A stretch of DNA of 64,000 nt from the NCBI GenBank assembly GCA_950097015.1, contig CATNEN010000007.1:2046001-2110000 (forward strand). Direction: 5' to 3'. The position numbers were made by a program, and so were the translations under genes. This document shows positions 38,001-50,392 of the stretch, piece by piece. The first letter of the stretch is position 1, and each line of letters begins with the position of its first letter. Under the pieces are notes generated by a model. The model did no database searches and had not been told where the DNA came from. It saw only the letters and a list, made by a program, of their open reading frames with translations. Origin of the DNA: Macrostomum hystrix (taxonomy: Eukaryota > Animalia > Platyhelminthes).

Positions 38001-41000
38001 CTGGTTGAGTCCGAATGAGAAAGCATGGCATGAGTGCTGGCTGGTTGAGTCCGAGTGAGAAAGCATGGCATGAGTGCTGGCTGGTTGAGTCCGAGTGAGA
38101 AAGCATGGCATGAGTGCTGGCTGGTTGATTTTATGGCGAATAGAATAAAATAGAGATGATTCTCAGCCACGTTGGGCCAGATGCACAGCCAGTAACACAA
38201 CCCCAGCCTCCAAAGGCTGTGTACAACAGTGCAGTCCGTGGACTGGGGAGGCCATCACACCCACGCACATTTCAACCATAGCTGATGCTAGCACCCATTT
38301 TGCAGCTGAGTGAACTGGGCCGCTTGAAAATTAATTTTTTTGCTTAAGGACACAATTTGTCTCAATTGGCTAAGATTCGAACCCCAACCTGCTGTTCTGG
38401 AGTCCGAAGCGCTTATCGCTCGGCCTTGTATGGGGAAGCGAGTTTTAAACCAAGTTTTCAATAGATCAGCAGTCAGTGGTCTTACCAACTGTCTGTACAA
38501 TGTCTCCATAATGTTAGTGATGTACATCCGGGGCCTATTGTCCTCGTAGCGACAGCGGATATACAGACAGGGCTTGTTTTTCTCGTATGGCAGGCAGTAG
38601 TATTCTTCGTCTTCGCAGTCGTCGCCTTCGTCCTCGTCAAAGCCGCGCGATCGGACTGGAGTTACTGGCTCCGTCTCCGAGTGGCACCACATTGGCACCG
38701 GCTTGTCATCCTCTGCGCAGACGTATAGATTCAATGAAACATTGAATGACATGACCCCAGCAATCAGATCAAACATAATCTACACGGCTCACGACAGCTC
38801 ACCTTCCAAATCGTTTTCATGAGCATCGTCCATTTCGCCTTCGTCGGGATTCGTGCCGTCCTGCCTATATCCGTACTTGCCTGAAGATCGAATTGGTAAA
38901 ATTAAATAAGACATCAGAATCAGCACAGGAAAAAACTGATATCAAACTCTGAAGTCAAAAAAATTTCAGGCACTGGCGTCAACCCGACATGACACTGGCG
39001 TCAACCAGACATGACACTGGTGCCAACCAGACATGACACTGGCGTCAACCAGACATGACACTGGTGCCAACCCGACATGACACTGGCGTCAACCCGACAT
39101 GACACTGGTGCCAACCCGACATGACACTGGCGTCAACCAGACATGACGCTGGCGTCAACCAGACATGAAACTGGCGTCAACCAGACATGACACTGGCGCC
39201 AACCAGACATGAAACTGGCGTCAACCAGACATGACACTGGCGCCAACCAGACATGACACTGGTGCCAACCAGACATGACGCTGGCGTCAACCAGACATGA
39301 AACTGGCGTCAACCAGACATGACACTGGCGCCAACCAGACATGACACTGGTGCCAACCAGACATGACGCTGGCGTCAACCAGACATGAAACTGGCGTCAA
39401 CCAGACATGACACTGGCGCCAACCAGACATGAAACTGGCGTCAACCAGACATGACGCTGGCGTCAACCAGACATGAAACTGGCGTCAACCAGACATGACA
39501 CTGGCGCCAACCAGACATGAAACTGGCGTCAACCAGACATGACACTGGCGCCAACCAGACATGACACTGGTGCCAACCAGACATGACACTGGTGCCAACC
39601 AGACATGACACTGGCGCCAACCAGACATGACACTGGTGTCAACCAGACATGACGCTGGCGTCAACCAGACATGACGCTGGCGTCAACCAAACCAGACATT
39701 AGAGACTGGTGCCAACCAGACATGACTGGCGTCAACCAGACATCAAACACTGAAGTCAACCAGACATCAGACACTGACGTCTTTTAGAAATTGGACGCTG
39801 CCCATCAAGAGCCTGCCAGCACTCACCAATTGACATCTCGAAGCTGATTGGCAGACCGCTGAACTCCTTCGAGATGCTGCCGACTTCAAAGAAGACGCCA
39901 ACTAACAGGAAATCCTCACGAGATTTGGTGGTCTAAAACAGTCCCATTTGCGTTCGATTTGTAATAATGATAAGAAGTGCTCTATCCCATGCAAAATAGG
40001 ATTTTCTCAACCCAGTCTCACAATAGGCACGTTGAATCCGCCCTTCTTCGCTCCAAACTTCGTCGCTTCAGTCTTGTCCGAGGCGGACACCTGCACCAGC
40101 AGGCGGCCGCGGTAGGAGACACCCTCGCCCAGGCTCATGTTAAGTCGCTCCTGTTCTTCAGTGTTGGAAATACTGTACTTCCTAGGTGACCCGTACAGGT
40201 TTATCCAGCTGGGACCGAAGGTGGGCAGGTAGCCTGAGAGCCGGAGATGAGAGGTGAGTAAAGATAAAAAAAGTAAAAAAAAATTCTAATCTAAACCACG
40301 TACGTCCTTGCGCACGTGAGTTCTTGAAGTTCTTCTGTTGGATTTAAGATTTCCGTGACAATAGATTCTCGAGATTTAGATTACCTGGCATTGCGATTCA
40401 CGAAAGACTTGGAGTTCCCTAGACCTGAAATTCCCTGAACTGCTGAAATTCGCCTAAACTTGGGCTCCAGTAGAAATGAAATTCCCTGAAATTATTTGCC
40501 CGCATCACTGCTAATGAACTAAAAGACTTCTCCAGAAGTTTGAGTTATTTGGTTTCTTGGTTCAACTTCAGTGAAGTTAGCAAATAGAGACAAGCCAAAC
40601 CGTCAGTGGCCTGCTCCGCTTTCTTGTCGGCTCCCAGTCCTTTGATCTTGAACTTCATGCCGCCGCTTCCCTTTTCTACGTCCTTCTGACCGCCGACGGC
40701 ACCGCCGAAGTTGCCGCCATTATTGCCGACCTCCATGATCTCCGGCAGGGAGATGAAGTGCGTGGCGATGCACTCGTCCTTCAGCGAGGAGTCGTACACC
40801 CCGATTCGGATTCGGTTGCAAAGTGGCGGCCAGCGTTCAACGATGGTGATCTGCTGGTTCCACACCGGGTCGTACCGGTCCTTCTTGGTGTCGGTTCGAG
40901 CCTTGATTAATATTTGGATCAAGTGTGACAAAGTAAATAGAATTGTCTGATACGACTTTTGCTTGCTTTGCGATGAAGAATGTGGAAGGGATTCAGTTTC

Positions 41001-44000
41001 ATCAGCTCAGGGATGAATGTGGAAGGGATTCAGTCCCATCAGCTCAGGGATGAATGTGGAAGGGATTCAGTCCCATCAGCTCAGGGATGAATGTGGAAGG
41101 GATTCAGTTTCATCAGCTCAGGGATGAATGTGGAAGGGATTCAGTTTCATCAGCTCAGGGATGAATGCGGATGAGAATGGACTCACAGAATGGCCGCCAA
41201 ACGAGACTCGCACGTATGGGTCGCAGATCTGTTTGTTTGAATTGAAAATCTGCTTCACAGCGGCCAAAGCGTCAGTGGACATGCGGGGCAGATCTTCAGC
41301 TTGAAAGATCTTCACATAGAGAGCCACGATTCCGAAGCGCTTGCTGCAGTAGCTCGGATACACGGTGGAAAGCAGCAGGTTGCTACAAGTAGGGTGTGTC
41401 GCATTTTAGAATATTTTATTGCGAACGCTGCGAATTATATTTAAAGTACACTTTGAGACTGGTAGAATCACCCCTCATCATCGCTGGAGTCGTCCTGGGC
41501 CAGCAGGGCTGATGCCACGGACCGCATTCCAGACTGGAATGATGAAATAATAAAGTGTCTATGTCTGACACGTTTGAAGCTTCTACAGGTACCCTCGATT
41601 GTCAATATCCTCACCTTGCTCTTCGAGACCTGATCCTGCACCTGGATGCTGAGCGATACGCGTCCTCTTTCCTTGCCGTCGTCGAAGTTTTTCGGATCAA
41701 TCAAAACCGCTCGCTTTCCGATCAAGCTGTGGTCTGCGGATGCGTGCCGTTCATTCCACTACTGTCCCATTTCTGCAAACTCAATACACAATATAATACC
41801 TTTAGCACTTACTTTTTGCTTCGTAGACTGTCTTAACATCGATTCGGAACTCGCCGATGATATTTTCAGGCAGAAACTGGGGAAATTTCATCGTGCCCTT
41901 GGTCACCGGTATCAGCGCATTGCCCATGTTGAGAGCCTATTGATTCAGGACATGATCAGATCTGTATCGATTTCAGCCATCCCTAACAAGCCCCACAAAT
42001 GACGAAGAAACCAGTCGAACTTACTCGAATTTCAATCACGTGATCAAAGAGATCCGCGCGAGTCTTCTTAAACTCGAATGGCATGAAGTGGTTGTACTCC
42101 GGGTTCAAATTGGACAGCTTAATTTCTGTCTCCTGCATCTCTGAATCGATTAGCACCTGAATTCGCGGATTGACTGGAGGCTTGGCAACCAGCTTTGTGG
42201 CCCTTCTAATTGTCACGAGAATCTGAAATTAAAATGTTGTGAACATTAGAATGGGTTTTTGGTTTTCTCAGAAATGATTTCTAGGTAGTTGAGTATACCT
42301 GAAATTCCTCTTTTTTGTGCATAGTCTGACCAAGCACTGGGGGCACGCCGATCGTTCTGAAATGTTGCTGCTACTTTTTAGAATCATTAAATAGACTTTG
42401 GTCGATGCCCGATCCAGCGCCATGAGCCAGGATTCGCACTCACTTGATCAGGTGTCCAAAGTGCGGCACATCCGATCCGTCGTCGTCCGACTCGGCTTCC
42501 GCGTCGTCCACAGCCGGCTTCTCCTGCCACTGCGCCTCGTAGGAGGTGCTGCCTCAGGGTTTGGGCCAGCGGGATTTCTCAGACTTGTTGCGGCGAGTTA
42601 CAGGTTGATAACTAAAATGAAAAACTGTTCCGAGATCATACCTGGATGAGGAGGCGGAAGCTCGACCCGGTTTCAAGGGTCTCACTGGATAGTCAAAGTC
42701 ACCCGCGTGGAGGTCGGCGCCAGTAGCATCTGGCGACGCGTATTCGAGGTCGAACTTTATGTAGACCTGGAGACGCACACAGGCGTGAGCGATGAAGTCG
42801 GAATTACAATTTCTAGGCCAAAGCTAATGAGACAGAAAACAGGCCATAAATAGGCCAACTCACGGGCAGTTTAGCATAGTTTTTATCCAGCAGTTGCTCA
42901 GTGAAATTTATCAGAGGCCGGCTCATCAGCTCCTGCAGCACCACCGTTGTCTGGCCAACTAGCCTGCGAAAAAAATATTATCTTCAACATAAAGGAATGA
43001 AAACTTACTGGGAATATGTACCCAAAATGATGACATTTCAGCATACTCACCGATTTGTCCCGACTCGGCGATGCCTGTACACCCTAATATAGAGCATGTC
43101 CACCTCCTCGTTGCGAGCCTCGTTCCAGTTCGTTTCGAGACGGCGACCCATTGGCCACTGGAACTCGGCGCCGAAGTAGACCGTTCCGCTGTCATAGCCG
43201 CGAACAATGCGCGACTCTTGGGTGCTCTCTGGTGATGGTGGCAGCGGTGGGATGAGGTTTTTGTGTCTGGTGCCATGCGTCGTTTCGTAGAATCTGTCAG
43301 CTCTGAGAATCTGACAGCTCTGGGAATCTGTCAGTTCTGGGAATCTGTCAGTTCTGACAATCTGTCAGTTCTGGGAATCTGTCAGTTCTGACAATCTGTC
43401 AGTTCTGGGAATCTGTCAGTTCTGACAATCTGTCAGCTCTGGGAATCTGTCAGTTCTGACAATCTGTCAGTTCTGGGAATCTGTCAGCTCTGGGAATCTG
43501 TCAGCTCTGGGAATCTGTCAGTTCTGGGAATCTGTCAGTTCTGACAGTCTGTCAGCTCTGGGAATCTGTCAGTTCTGGGAATCTGTCAGCTCTGGGAATC
43601 TGTCAGCTCTGGGAATCTGTCAGTTCTGGGAATCTGTCAGATCTGGGAATCTGTCAGCTCTGGGAATCTGTCAGTTCTGGGAATCTGTTAATTCTGACAA
43701 TCTGTCAGTTCTGACAATCTGTCAGCTCTGGGAATCTATCAGCTCTGGGAATCTGTCAGTTCTGGGAATCTGTCAGTTCTGACAATCTGTCAGCTCTGGG
43801 AATCTGTCAGCTCTGGGAATCTGTCAGCTCTGGGAATCTGTCAGTTCTGGGAATCTGTCAGCTCTGGGAATCTGTCAGTTCTGGGAATCTGTCAGTTCTG
43901 GGAATCTTTCAGCTCTGGGAATCTGTCAGTTCTGACAATCTGTCAGCTCTGGGAATCTGTCAGCTCTGGGAATCTGTCAGTTCTGACAATCTGTCAGTTC

Positions 44001-45796
44001 TGACAATCTGTCAGCTCTGGGAATCTGTCAGTTCTGGGAATCTGTCAGTTCTGGGAATCTGTCAGCTCTGGGAATCTGTCAGCTCTGGGAATCTGTCAGC
44101 TCTGGGAATCTGTCAGTTCTGGGAATCTGTCAGCTCTGGGAATCTGTCAGCTCTGGGAATCTGTCAGCTCTGGGAATCTGTCAGTTCTGGGAATCTGTCA
44201 GCTCTGGGAATCTGTCAGCTCTGGGAATCTGTCAGCTCTGGGAATCTGTCAGCTCTGGGAATCTGTCAGTTCTGGGAATCTGTCAGTTCTGGGAATCTGT
44301 CAGTTCTGGGAATCTGTCAGCTCTGGGAATCTGTCAGCTCTGGGAATCTGTCAGCTCTGGGAATCTGTCAGCTCTGGGAATCTGTCAGCTCTGGGAATCT
44401 GTCAGCTCTGGGAATCTGTCAGTTCTGGGAATCTGTCAGCTCTGGGAATCTGTCAGTTCTGGGAATCTGTCAGTTCTGGGAATCTGTCAGTTCTGACAAT
44501 CTGTCAGCTCTGGGAATCTGTCAGCTCTGGGAATCTGTCAGCTCTGGGAATGTGTCAGCTCTGGGAATCTGTCAGCTCTGGGAATCTGTCAGCTCTGGGA
44601 ATCTGTCAGCTCTGGGAATCTGTCAGTTCTGGGAATCTGTCAGCTCTGGGAATCTGTCAGCTCTGGGAATGTGTCAGCTCTGGGAATCTGTCAGCTCTGG
44701 GAATCTGTCAGCTCTGGGAATCTGTCAGTTCTGGGAATCTGTCAGCTCTGGGAATCTGTCAGCTCTGGGAATCTGTCAGTTCTGGGAATCTGTCAGCTCT
44801 GGGAATCTGTCAGTTCTGGGAATCTGTCAGTTCTGGGAATCTGTCAGTTCTGACAATCTGTCAGCTCTGGGAATCTGTCAGCTCTGGGAATCTGTCAGCT
44901 CTGGGAATGTGTCAGCTCTGGGAATCTGTCAGCTCTGGGAATCTGTCAGCTCTGGGAATCTGTCAGCTCTGGGAATCTGTCAGTTCTGGGAATCTGTCAG
45001 CTCTGGGAATCTGTCAGCTCTGGGAATCTGTCAGCTCTGGGAATCTGTCAGCTCTGGGAATCTGTCAGCTCTGGGAATCTGTCAGTTCTGGGAATCTGTC
45101 AGCTCTGGGAATCTGTCAGCTCTGGGAATCTGTCAGCTCTGGGAATCTGTCAGCTCTGGGAATCTGTCAGCTCTGGGAATCTGTCAGCTCTGGGAATCTG
45201 TCAGCTCTGGGAATCTGTCAGCTCTGGGAATCTGTCAGCTCTGGGAATCTGTCAGCTCTGGGAATCTGTCAGTTCTGGGAATCTGTCAGCTCTGGGAATC
45301 TGTCAGCTCTGGGAATCTGTCAGCTCTGGGAATCTGTCAGCTCTGGGAATCTGTCAGCTCTGGGAATCTGTCAGCTCTGGGAATCTGTCAGTTCTGGGAA
45401 TCTGTCAGCTCTGGGAATCTGTCAGTTCTGGGAATCTGTCAGTTCTGGGAATCTGTCAGTTCTGACAATCTGTCAGCTCTGGGAATCTGTCAGCTCTGGG
45501 AATCTGTCAGCTCTGGGAATGTGTCAGCTCTGGGAATCTGTCAGCTCTGGGAATCTGTCAGCTCTGGGAATCTGTCAGCTCTGGGAATCTGTCAGTTCTG
45601 GGAATCTGTCAGCTCTGGGAATCTGTCAGCTCTGGGAATCTGTCAAATAAATTTGCTATTACACTCAGACCGTCTCAGAATTTGCCTTCAAAAGAATTTT
45701 TCTCATCTCACCTCGAAACGTGGCCTCCAGAATCCAAGCCTTCGACCTGGCATTTCGGATGCCCTCAAGCAGGCTAATATTGGCCTTCAGGGACAT
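29099..45796 (-). CDS. OTOF: Otoferlin-like type II ferlin (multi-C2, C-terminal TM), apparently complete, about 22 exons
   Basis: Exon 1 (45796-45712) encodes MSLKANISLLEGIRNARSKAWILEATFRG, and exon 2 from 43228 continues the C2A domain (ESRIVRGYDSGTVYFGAEFQWP). Ferlin motifs seen include YDPVWNQQIT, FEFRAYIFSARKILRSDESGLSD, PYRLEVLIWGLRDL, DWWHRFY, LGETVIDLENRLFSRHRGHCG, YELRVIIYDTKDV and GVVHMELELLT. The terminal exon encodes a TM segment and LVYSAPGYIMKKIIGV* (TGA 29101-29099). Confidence 0.93.
29593..29945 (+). mobile_element. SINE family A, full-length copy (ferlin intron, antisense)
   Basis: tRNA-like head (GGCAGAGCGG...GTTCGATTCC), hairpin at 29761-29803 and structured tail. Confidence 0.88.
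30556..30842 (+). mobile_element. SINE family A copy with internal deletion (ferlin intron)
   Basis: The same head and GAAAGTCAGGGCAGATGTACAC block are present, but the left hairpin arm is missing. Confidence 0.8.
31815..31985 (-). mobile_element. SINE family B 3' fragment
   Basis: The reverse strand reads CCAGTCCATCGACCGAACAG..CAGCCTTTGGATGCGCCGCACAATAGCTG. Confidence 0.7.
32926..33250 (+). mobile_element. SINE family A copy (ferlin intron)
   Basis: AAGGTCCCTG..GCGAGGCCA, the hairpin and GAATTGCCTCCTCGCTGGC are present. Confidence 0.85.
37605..38130. repeat. 40-bp intronic minisatellite, about 13 copies
   Basis: CCGAGTGAGAAAGCATGGCATGAGTGCTGGCTGGTTGAKT. Confidence 0.95.
38170..38435 (-). 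mobile_element. SINE family B copy (ferlin intron)
   Basis: The reverse strand reads GGGGTTCGAATC, TGTGTCCTTAAGCAA, CAGTTCACTCAGCTGCAAAATGGGT and CAGTCCACGGACTG. Confidence 0.8.
38970..39785. repeat. 22-bp intronic minisatellite
   Basis: GGCGTCAACCAGACATGACACT variants, about 36 copies. Confidence 0.95.
40975..41165. repeat. 37-bp intronic repeat, 5 copies
   Basis: TGTGGAAGGGATTCAGTYYCATCAGCTCAGGGATGAA. Confidence 0.93.
43290..45646. repeat. 17-bp minisatellite filling ferlin intron 1, about 138 copies
   Basis: GGGAATCTGTCAGYTCT, with occasional 16-bp GACAATCTGTCAG variants. Confidence 0.97.
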
Positions 45797-46404
45797 CGCT
45801 GACTGCTCAGTGTCGAGACGATCAGTCCGACTTCACCTGAACTGAGCTTCTTCTTAGAGCTTGCCGCAAGTCGATAATTGTATTTATTTTTTGCTGAATA
45901 TTTTTCAAAGAGTAAAAATATAAGACAACATAGACCGGAAATATTGGACTCAACTTGGCTGAGAATGAGAAAGATACACAGCCAGCGAGTGTGCAAAGCT
46001 TTTGTTGTCTTCTTTGGCTCCGAAGTTAGCCCACCCCGTTTTAAGCTCAGCATTTTGTCTCTCAGGCTACAGTGCCCAGTTGCTCACAGGTCGAGTCCAG
46101 AGCTCAGAGTCACGAGGGCTCCAGTGCGAGCTATTTTTAGCATCTATGACAACTGACTGGCAGAGGCTTCACTGTGAATTTTCTGCCCTAGCCCTTCACC
46201 GCCTGTGTACACAGAGGCATTGTGCTGTGGGGTCGACTCTGTTAAGCTCATAGAGTTTGAGGCATTTTCTTCATAAAAACGTGCTCAACTTGCACACAGC
46301 CAACAATGCCACATCCAGCATTTAGTGTGCCTCAAAAGTCCTGTTCTAATATGCTCAATGCCAAATTAAGATAGAAAATGCTTAAATTAATAAAGCCAAA
46401 TAAT

Positions 46405-47625
46405 TAGAAGAGTAAGAATCGCAGAGACAATCGCTGAGACAATCGCAGAGACAATCGCAGAGACAATCGCAGAGAGAATGGCATATAGACAATCGCAGAG
46501 ACAATCGCAGAGACAATCGCAGAGACAATCGCAGAGACAATCGCAGAGAGAATCGCAGAGAGAATGGCATAGACAATCGCAGAGAGAATGGCATAGACAA
46601 TCGCAGAGAGAATGGCATAGACAATCGCAGAGAGAATCGCAGAGACAATCGCAGAGAGAATCGCAGAGACAATCGCAGAGAGAATCGCAGAGGGAATGGC
46701 ATAGACAATCGCAGAGAGAATCGCATAGACAATCGCAGAGGGAATGGCATAGACAATCACAGAGAGAATGGCATAGACAATCGCAGAGGGAATGGCATAG
46801 ACAATCGCAGAGAGAATGGCATAGACAATCACAGAGAGAATCGCAGAGACAATCGCATAGACAATCGCAGAGAGAATCGCAGAGGGAATGGCATAGACAA
46901 TCGCAGAGAGAATCGCATAGACAATCGCAGAGAGAATCGCAGAGAGAATCGCAGAGGGAATGGCATAGACAATCGCAGAGAGAATCGCATAGACAATCGC
47001 AGAGAGAATTGCAGAGACAATCGCAGAGACAATCGCAGAGACAATCGCAGAGAGAATCGCAGAGGGAATGGCATAGACAATCGCATAGACAATCGCAGAG
47101 AGAATCGCAGAGGGAATGGCATAGACAATCGCAGAGAGAATCGCATAGACAATCGCAGAGAGAATCGCAGAGAGAATCGCAGAGGGAATGGCATAGACAA
47201 TCGCAGAGAGAATCGCATAGACAATCGCAGAGAGAATTGCAGAGACAATCGCAGAGACAATCGCAGAGACAATCGCAGAGAGAATCGCAGAGGGAATGGC
47301 ATAGACAATCGCATAGACAATCGCAGAGAGAATCGCAGAGGGAATGGCATAGACAATCGCAGAGAGAATCGCATAGACAATCGCAGAGAGAATCGCAGAG
47401 ACAATCGCAGAGAGAATCGCAGAGAGAATCGCAGAGAGAATCGCAGAGAGAATCGCAGAGAGAATCGCAGAGAGAATCGCAGAGAGAATCGCAGAGAGAA
47501 TCGCAGAGAGAATCGCAGAGAGAATCGCAGAGAGAATCGCAGAGAGAATCGCAGAGAGAATCGCAGAGAGAATCGCAGAGAGAATCGCAGAGAGAATCGC
47601 AGAGAGAATCGCAGAGAGAATCTCA
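46405..47625. repeat. 14-bp minisatellite with variant units, upstream of the ferlin gene
   Basis: GAGACAATCGCAGA, GAGAGAATCGCAGA and GAATGGCATAGACA variants. Confidence 0.95.
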
Positions 47626-48160
47626 ACTAGAATGTCCGTCTTTGTCGCACTCTATTGGACAAAATATTTTAGACTGAATTCGTTTTGATTCTATTTTTTA
47701 AGCGGCTTAGTCAGTATTTTTCTTCCCATTGTCTGGCTGATTACAGTTCTGCTCCCAGCCGGAATCGTCTCTATGATAAGTCCCAGTAAATGTCTAACAG
47801 TACCGTATTGCAATTATACAGCAATGCACTACCTTTCCCTCTCTACGCACCAGGCTCGCCATTTCGCTTACCCTCATGGAAAATGAAGGATAATTTATAA
47901 AATATTCTCCCGAACGGGCTCCCTGTTGTAGAACGGCAAATAATGAGGGAGCCGCGCTATTAAACAATGGGCTTTGCTTAAATGCAGAGGAGATAATGCG
48001 GCACCTGGCTGCGTCAATCGGCTCGCTGATTGGTGCTTCTGATGCTTGCAAAAATGATTTCCTCTGCAACAAAACGCCAAAAAATGGCTTTCAGTCAGCG
48101 CTCATGACACCTGCGGATCGCTAGCAACATTCGTGCAACAGATCAAAAATACCTTTACAA

Positions 48161-48484
48161 ATGATCTCCTTCGTTTCTAAGCAAGTGTTGCTAATGACGC
48201 TATCTGGGTTGGCTTTGGCATTGCCCTTTGCCAGCAGCATCTACTGCTACAAATGCGTCGGCTGCAGCAAAGTTGACGCCTCCACCAACATCACCATCGG
48301 AACCAGCTGCGTGAAGGCCGTTACTAACAACGCCGTATCTAGGGACGCTGTGAATGGGGTCTGTGTGGAATCGGCCATCACTTTCTGCTGCTCGGAGAAC
48401 CTGTGCAACAGCTCCACATCGGGACCAGCACCTGCGTGCGCGACGGTGTGTGCGGCCCTCGTTTTGATACTATCCGCCTGGTGA
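48161..48484 (+). CDS. Ly6/uPAR (three-finger) protein, probably GPI-anchored, intronless, 107 aa
   Basis: Hydrophobic signal peptide, IYCYKC start, FCCSENLCN end motif and hydrophobic C-terminal tail; 8 domain cysteines. Confidence 0.88.
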   Translation: MISFVSKQVLLMTLSGLALALPFASSIYCYKCVGCSKVDASTNITIGTSCVKAVTNNAVSRDAVNGVCVESAITFCCSENLCNSSTSGPAPACATVCAALVLILSAW

Positions 48485-49144
48485 AGTGGCGTTAACATGT
48501 CCTAATGTCTGCACAATAAGAGCTGCGAATGTTTATATGACTCATTGTGAAAGTCGAACACGTATTTGTATTCCAATAGCTGCCAGAATCTTTTATGCCT
48601 TAATTTTTAAGTAATGAACAACACAGTTAAGTTTCGTGTGATTAATGGAAAATAAATAAAATTGCTTTATAAATACCAGCGATTTTCTACTCATAGTAGT
48701 ACGCTTATGCGGAATTGCAATAAAATTACCGTACAATACGAGCGTATAAGTCTTATTTTTATGTGTGTTGAGTTTGTGACTTCAAAACGCCTCTCAAACG
48801 CACAGAGCGGGTCTAGAACGACGCTAAAACGACTCAAACGAAGTGGAAGAGCGTTTATGCGCTTCTGAGAGATGTAAAAGGGGAACTGTTAAGACTTTTA
48901 AGACGTTAAAAGACGTTTTTGCGGTGAAATTCAAGTTAAAATTCAATGAGTAGGAGAAATTGAAGCACCTCAGTAAACAATGCCGCAAAGAGTCATATTT
49001 GAAATGTAACCCATGTATAACTTCAGTGACTACTTCAAGTACACAATAAGCCCCATGACTCGTAAAACAAGCGTTTGGCTTACCTTTGAAGCGTTTAAAT
49101 CGTAATTTCAAATTCCTGCCGTCCGATATTGTTTTCATCAGCGG

Positions 49145-49582
49145 AATCAGTGAGACAGACATAAAAGACAGACATGAGAGACAGGCGTCAGAGACAGACA
49201 CTAGAGACAGGCATTAGAGACAACAGTAGAGACAGGCGTCAGAGACAGACACTAGAGACAGGCATTAGAGACAACACGAGAGACAGGCATTAGAGACAGA
49301 CACTAGAGACAGGCATTAGAGACAGACACTAGAGACAGGCGTCAGAGACAGACACTAGAGACAGGCATTAGAGACAACACGAGAGACATGCATTAGAGAC
49401 CGACACTAGAGACAGGCGTCAGAGACAACACTAGAGACAGGCATTAGAGACAACACGAGAGACAGGCATTAGAGACAGACACTAGAGACAGGCATTAGAG
49501 ACAGACACTAGAGACATGCATTAGAGACAACACGAGAGACAGGCATTAGAGACAGACACTAGAGACAGGCGTCAGAGACAGA
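49145..49582. repeat. AGAGACA-based minisatellite between the Ly6 genes
   Basis: AGAGACAGACACTAGAGACAGGCATT variants. Confidence 0.9.
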
Positions 49583-50002
49583 AGGGAGGGAGACATATTT
49601 TTAAATGGAAGGTATAGGAATTTAAGAGAGATCAAGAGCTCCTGTGAGCACGGTGGATGAAGAGGGTAGCAGGGAGCAGAGAAAAGTGGAAAAATCCAGC
49701 AGGTGTTATTTTCTGCTCTAGTGGGGGCTGCTCGGTTGTCAGAGTAATTTCATAAACAGCAAAATTAATTCCAGCGCAGGATATTTCTCCTATTGACGAA
49801 TCAGTTTCAAAGCAGCAACGATGGATCGAGAGAGATTCCTTGAGAGAGGTAGGACAGGAGGCGCTGCCCGCATAATCACCGACATGCCGATGCCAGTGCT
49901 TTTTATTCAAGTTTTTTACCAATCCAGTGGAAAGCACTGGCATATATGCTACAAAATCAAAAAGGCAAAAAGATGGATAGCTACTCCTAGAAGCAAACAG
50001 GA

Positions 50003-50392
50003 ATGTCGAACTCGGTGGTCGTAATGCCGCATTCGAGAGGCAGCAGTTCGTGCTCCAGACTGCTCATCCTGTTGAGTCTGTTGAGCTGCACAGGCCCCAC
50101 GGCAGCCGTGCTATGCTATCAGTGCTGGGGCTGTGCCGAGGTTGACACCCTGACTGCCGTACAAAACAGTTCGGCCTGCTTGAAAGTCATCGGCAGCGGA
50201 GGCTCTCAAGATGTCGCCAGGACTGGCGTGGAGCTCTGTGTGCCAACAGCTGTGAGCTTCTGCTGCTTCACCGATTTGTGCAACCGGGCGGCTGCAACGG
50301 CCGGCGCAGCCACCGTCTGGCTGATGCTGTTGTCCTTGAGGATTCTAGAACGACTGCTAGACAGCATCGCCACTGGCTTAGTGACCGTTTGA
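50003..50392 (+). CDS. Ly6/uPAR (three-finger) protein, paralogue of the 48161 gene, intronless
   Basis: Signal-like segment LLILLSLLSC, VLCYQCWGC, FCCFTDLCN and a small-residue/hydrophobic tail; same Cys spacing as 48161. The true start ATG may be the second Met (50027). Confidence 0.88.
   Translation: MSNSVVVMPHSRGSSSCSRLLILLSLLSCTGPTAAVLCYQCWGCAEVDTLTAVQNSSACLKVIGSGGSQDVARTGVELCVPTAVSFCCFTDLCNRAAATAGAATVWLMLLSLRILERLLDSIATGLVTV

Noticed and set aside
42959-43276. ORF MAPDTK... as the ferlin N-terminus
   Set aside because: It is in the wrong frame. The C2A-homologous frame starts at acceptor 43228 and joins exon 1 at 45712.
44550-47677. ORFs of 366, 416, 399 and 265 aa with repetitive peptides
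   Set aside because: These are translations of the 17-bp and 14-bp minisatellites, with no unique coding flanks.
47794-48080. Two short minus-strand ORFs upstream of the first Ly6 gene
   Set aside because: No recognisable motif or convincing splice context; probably promoter or intergenic sequence.
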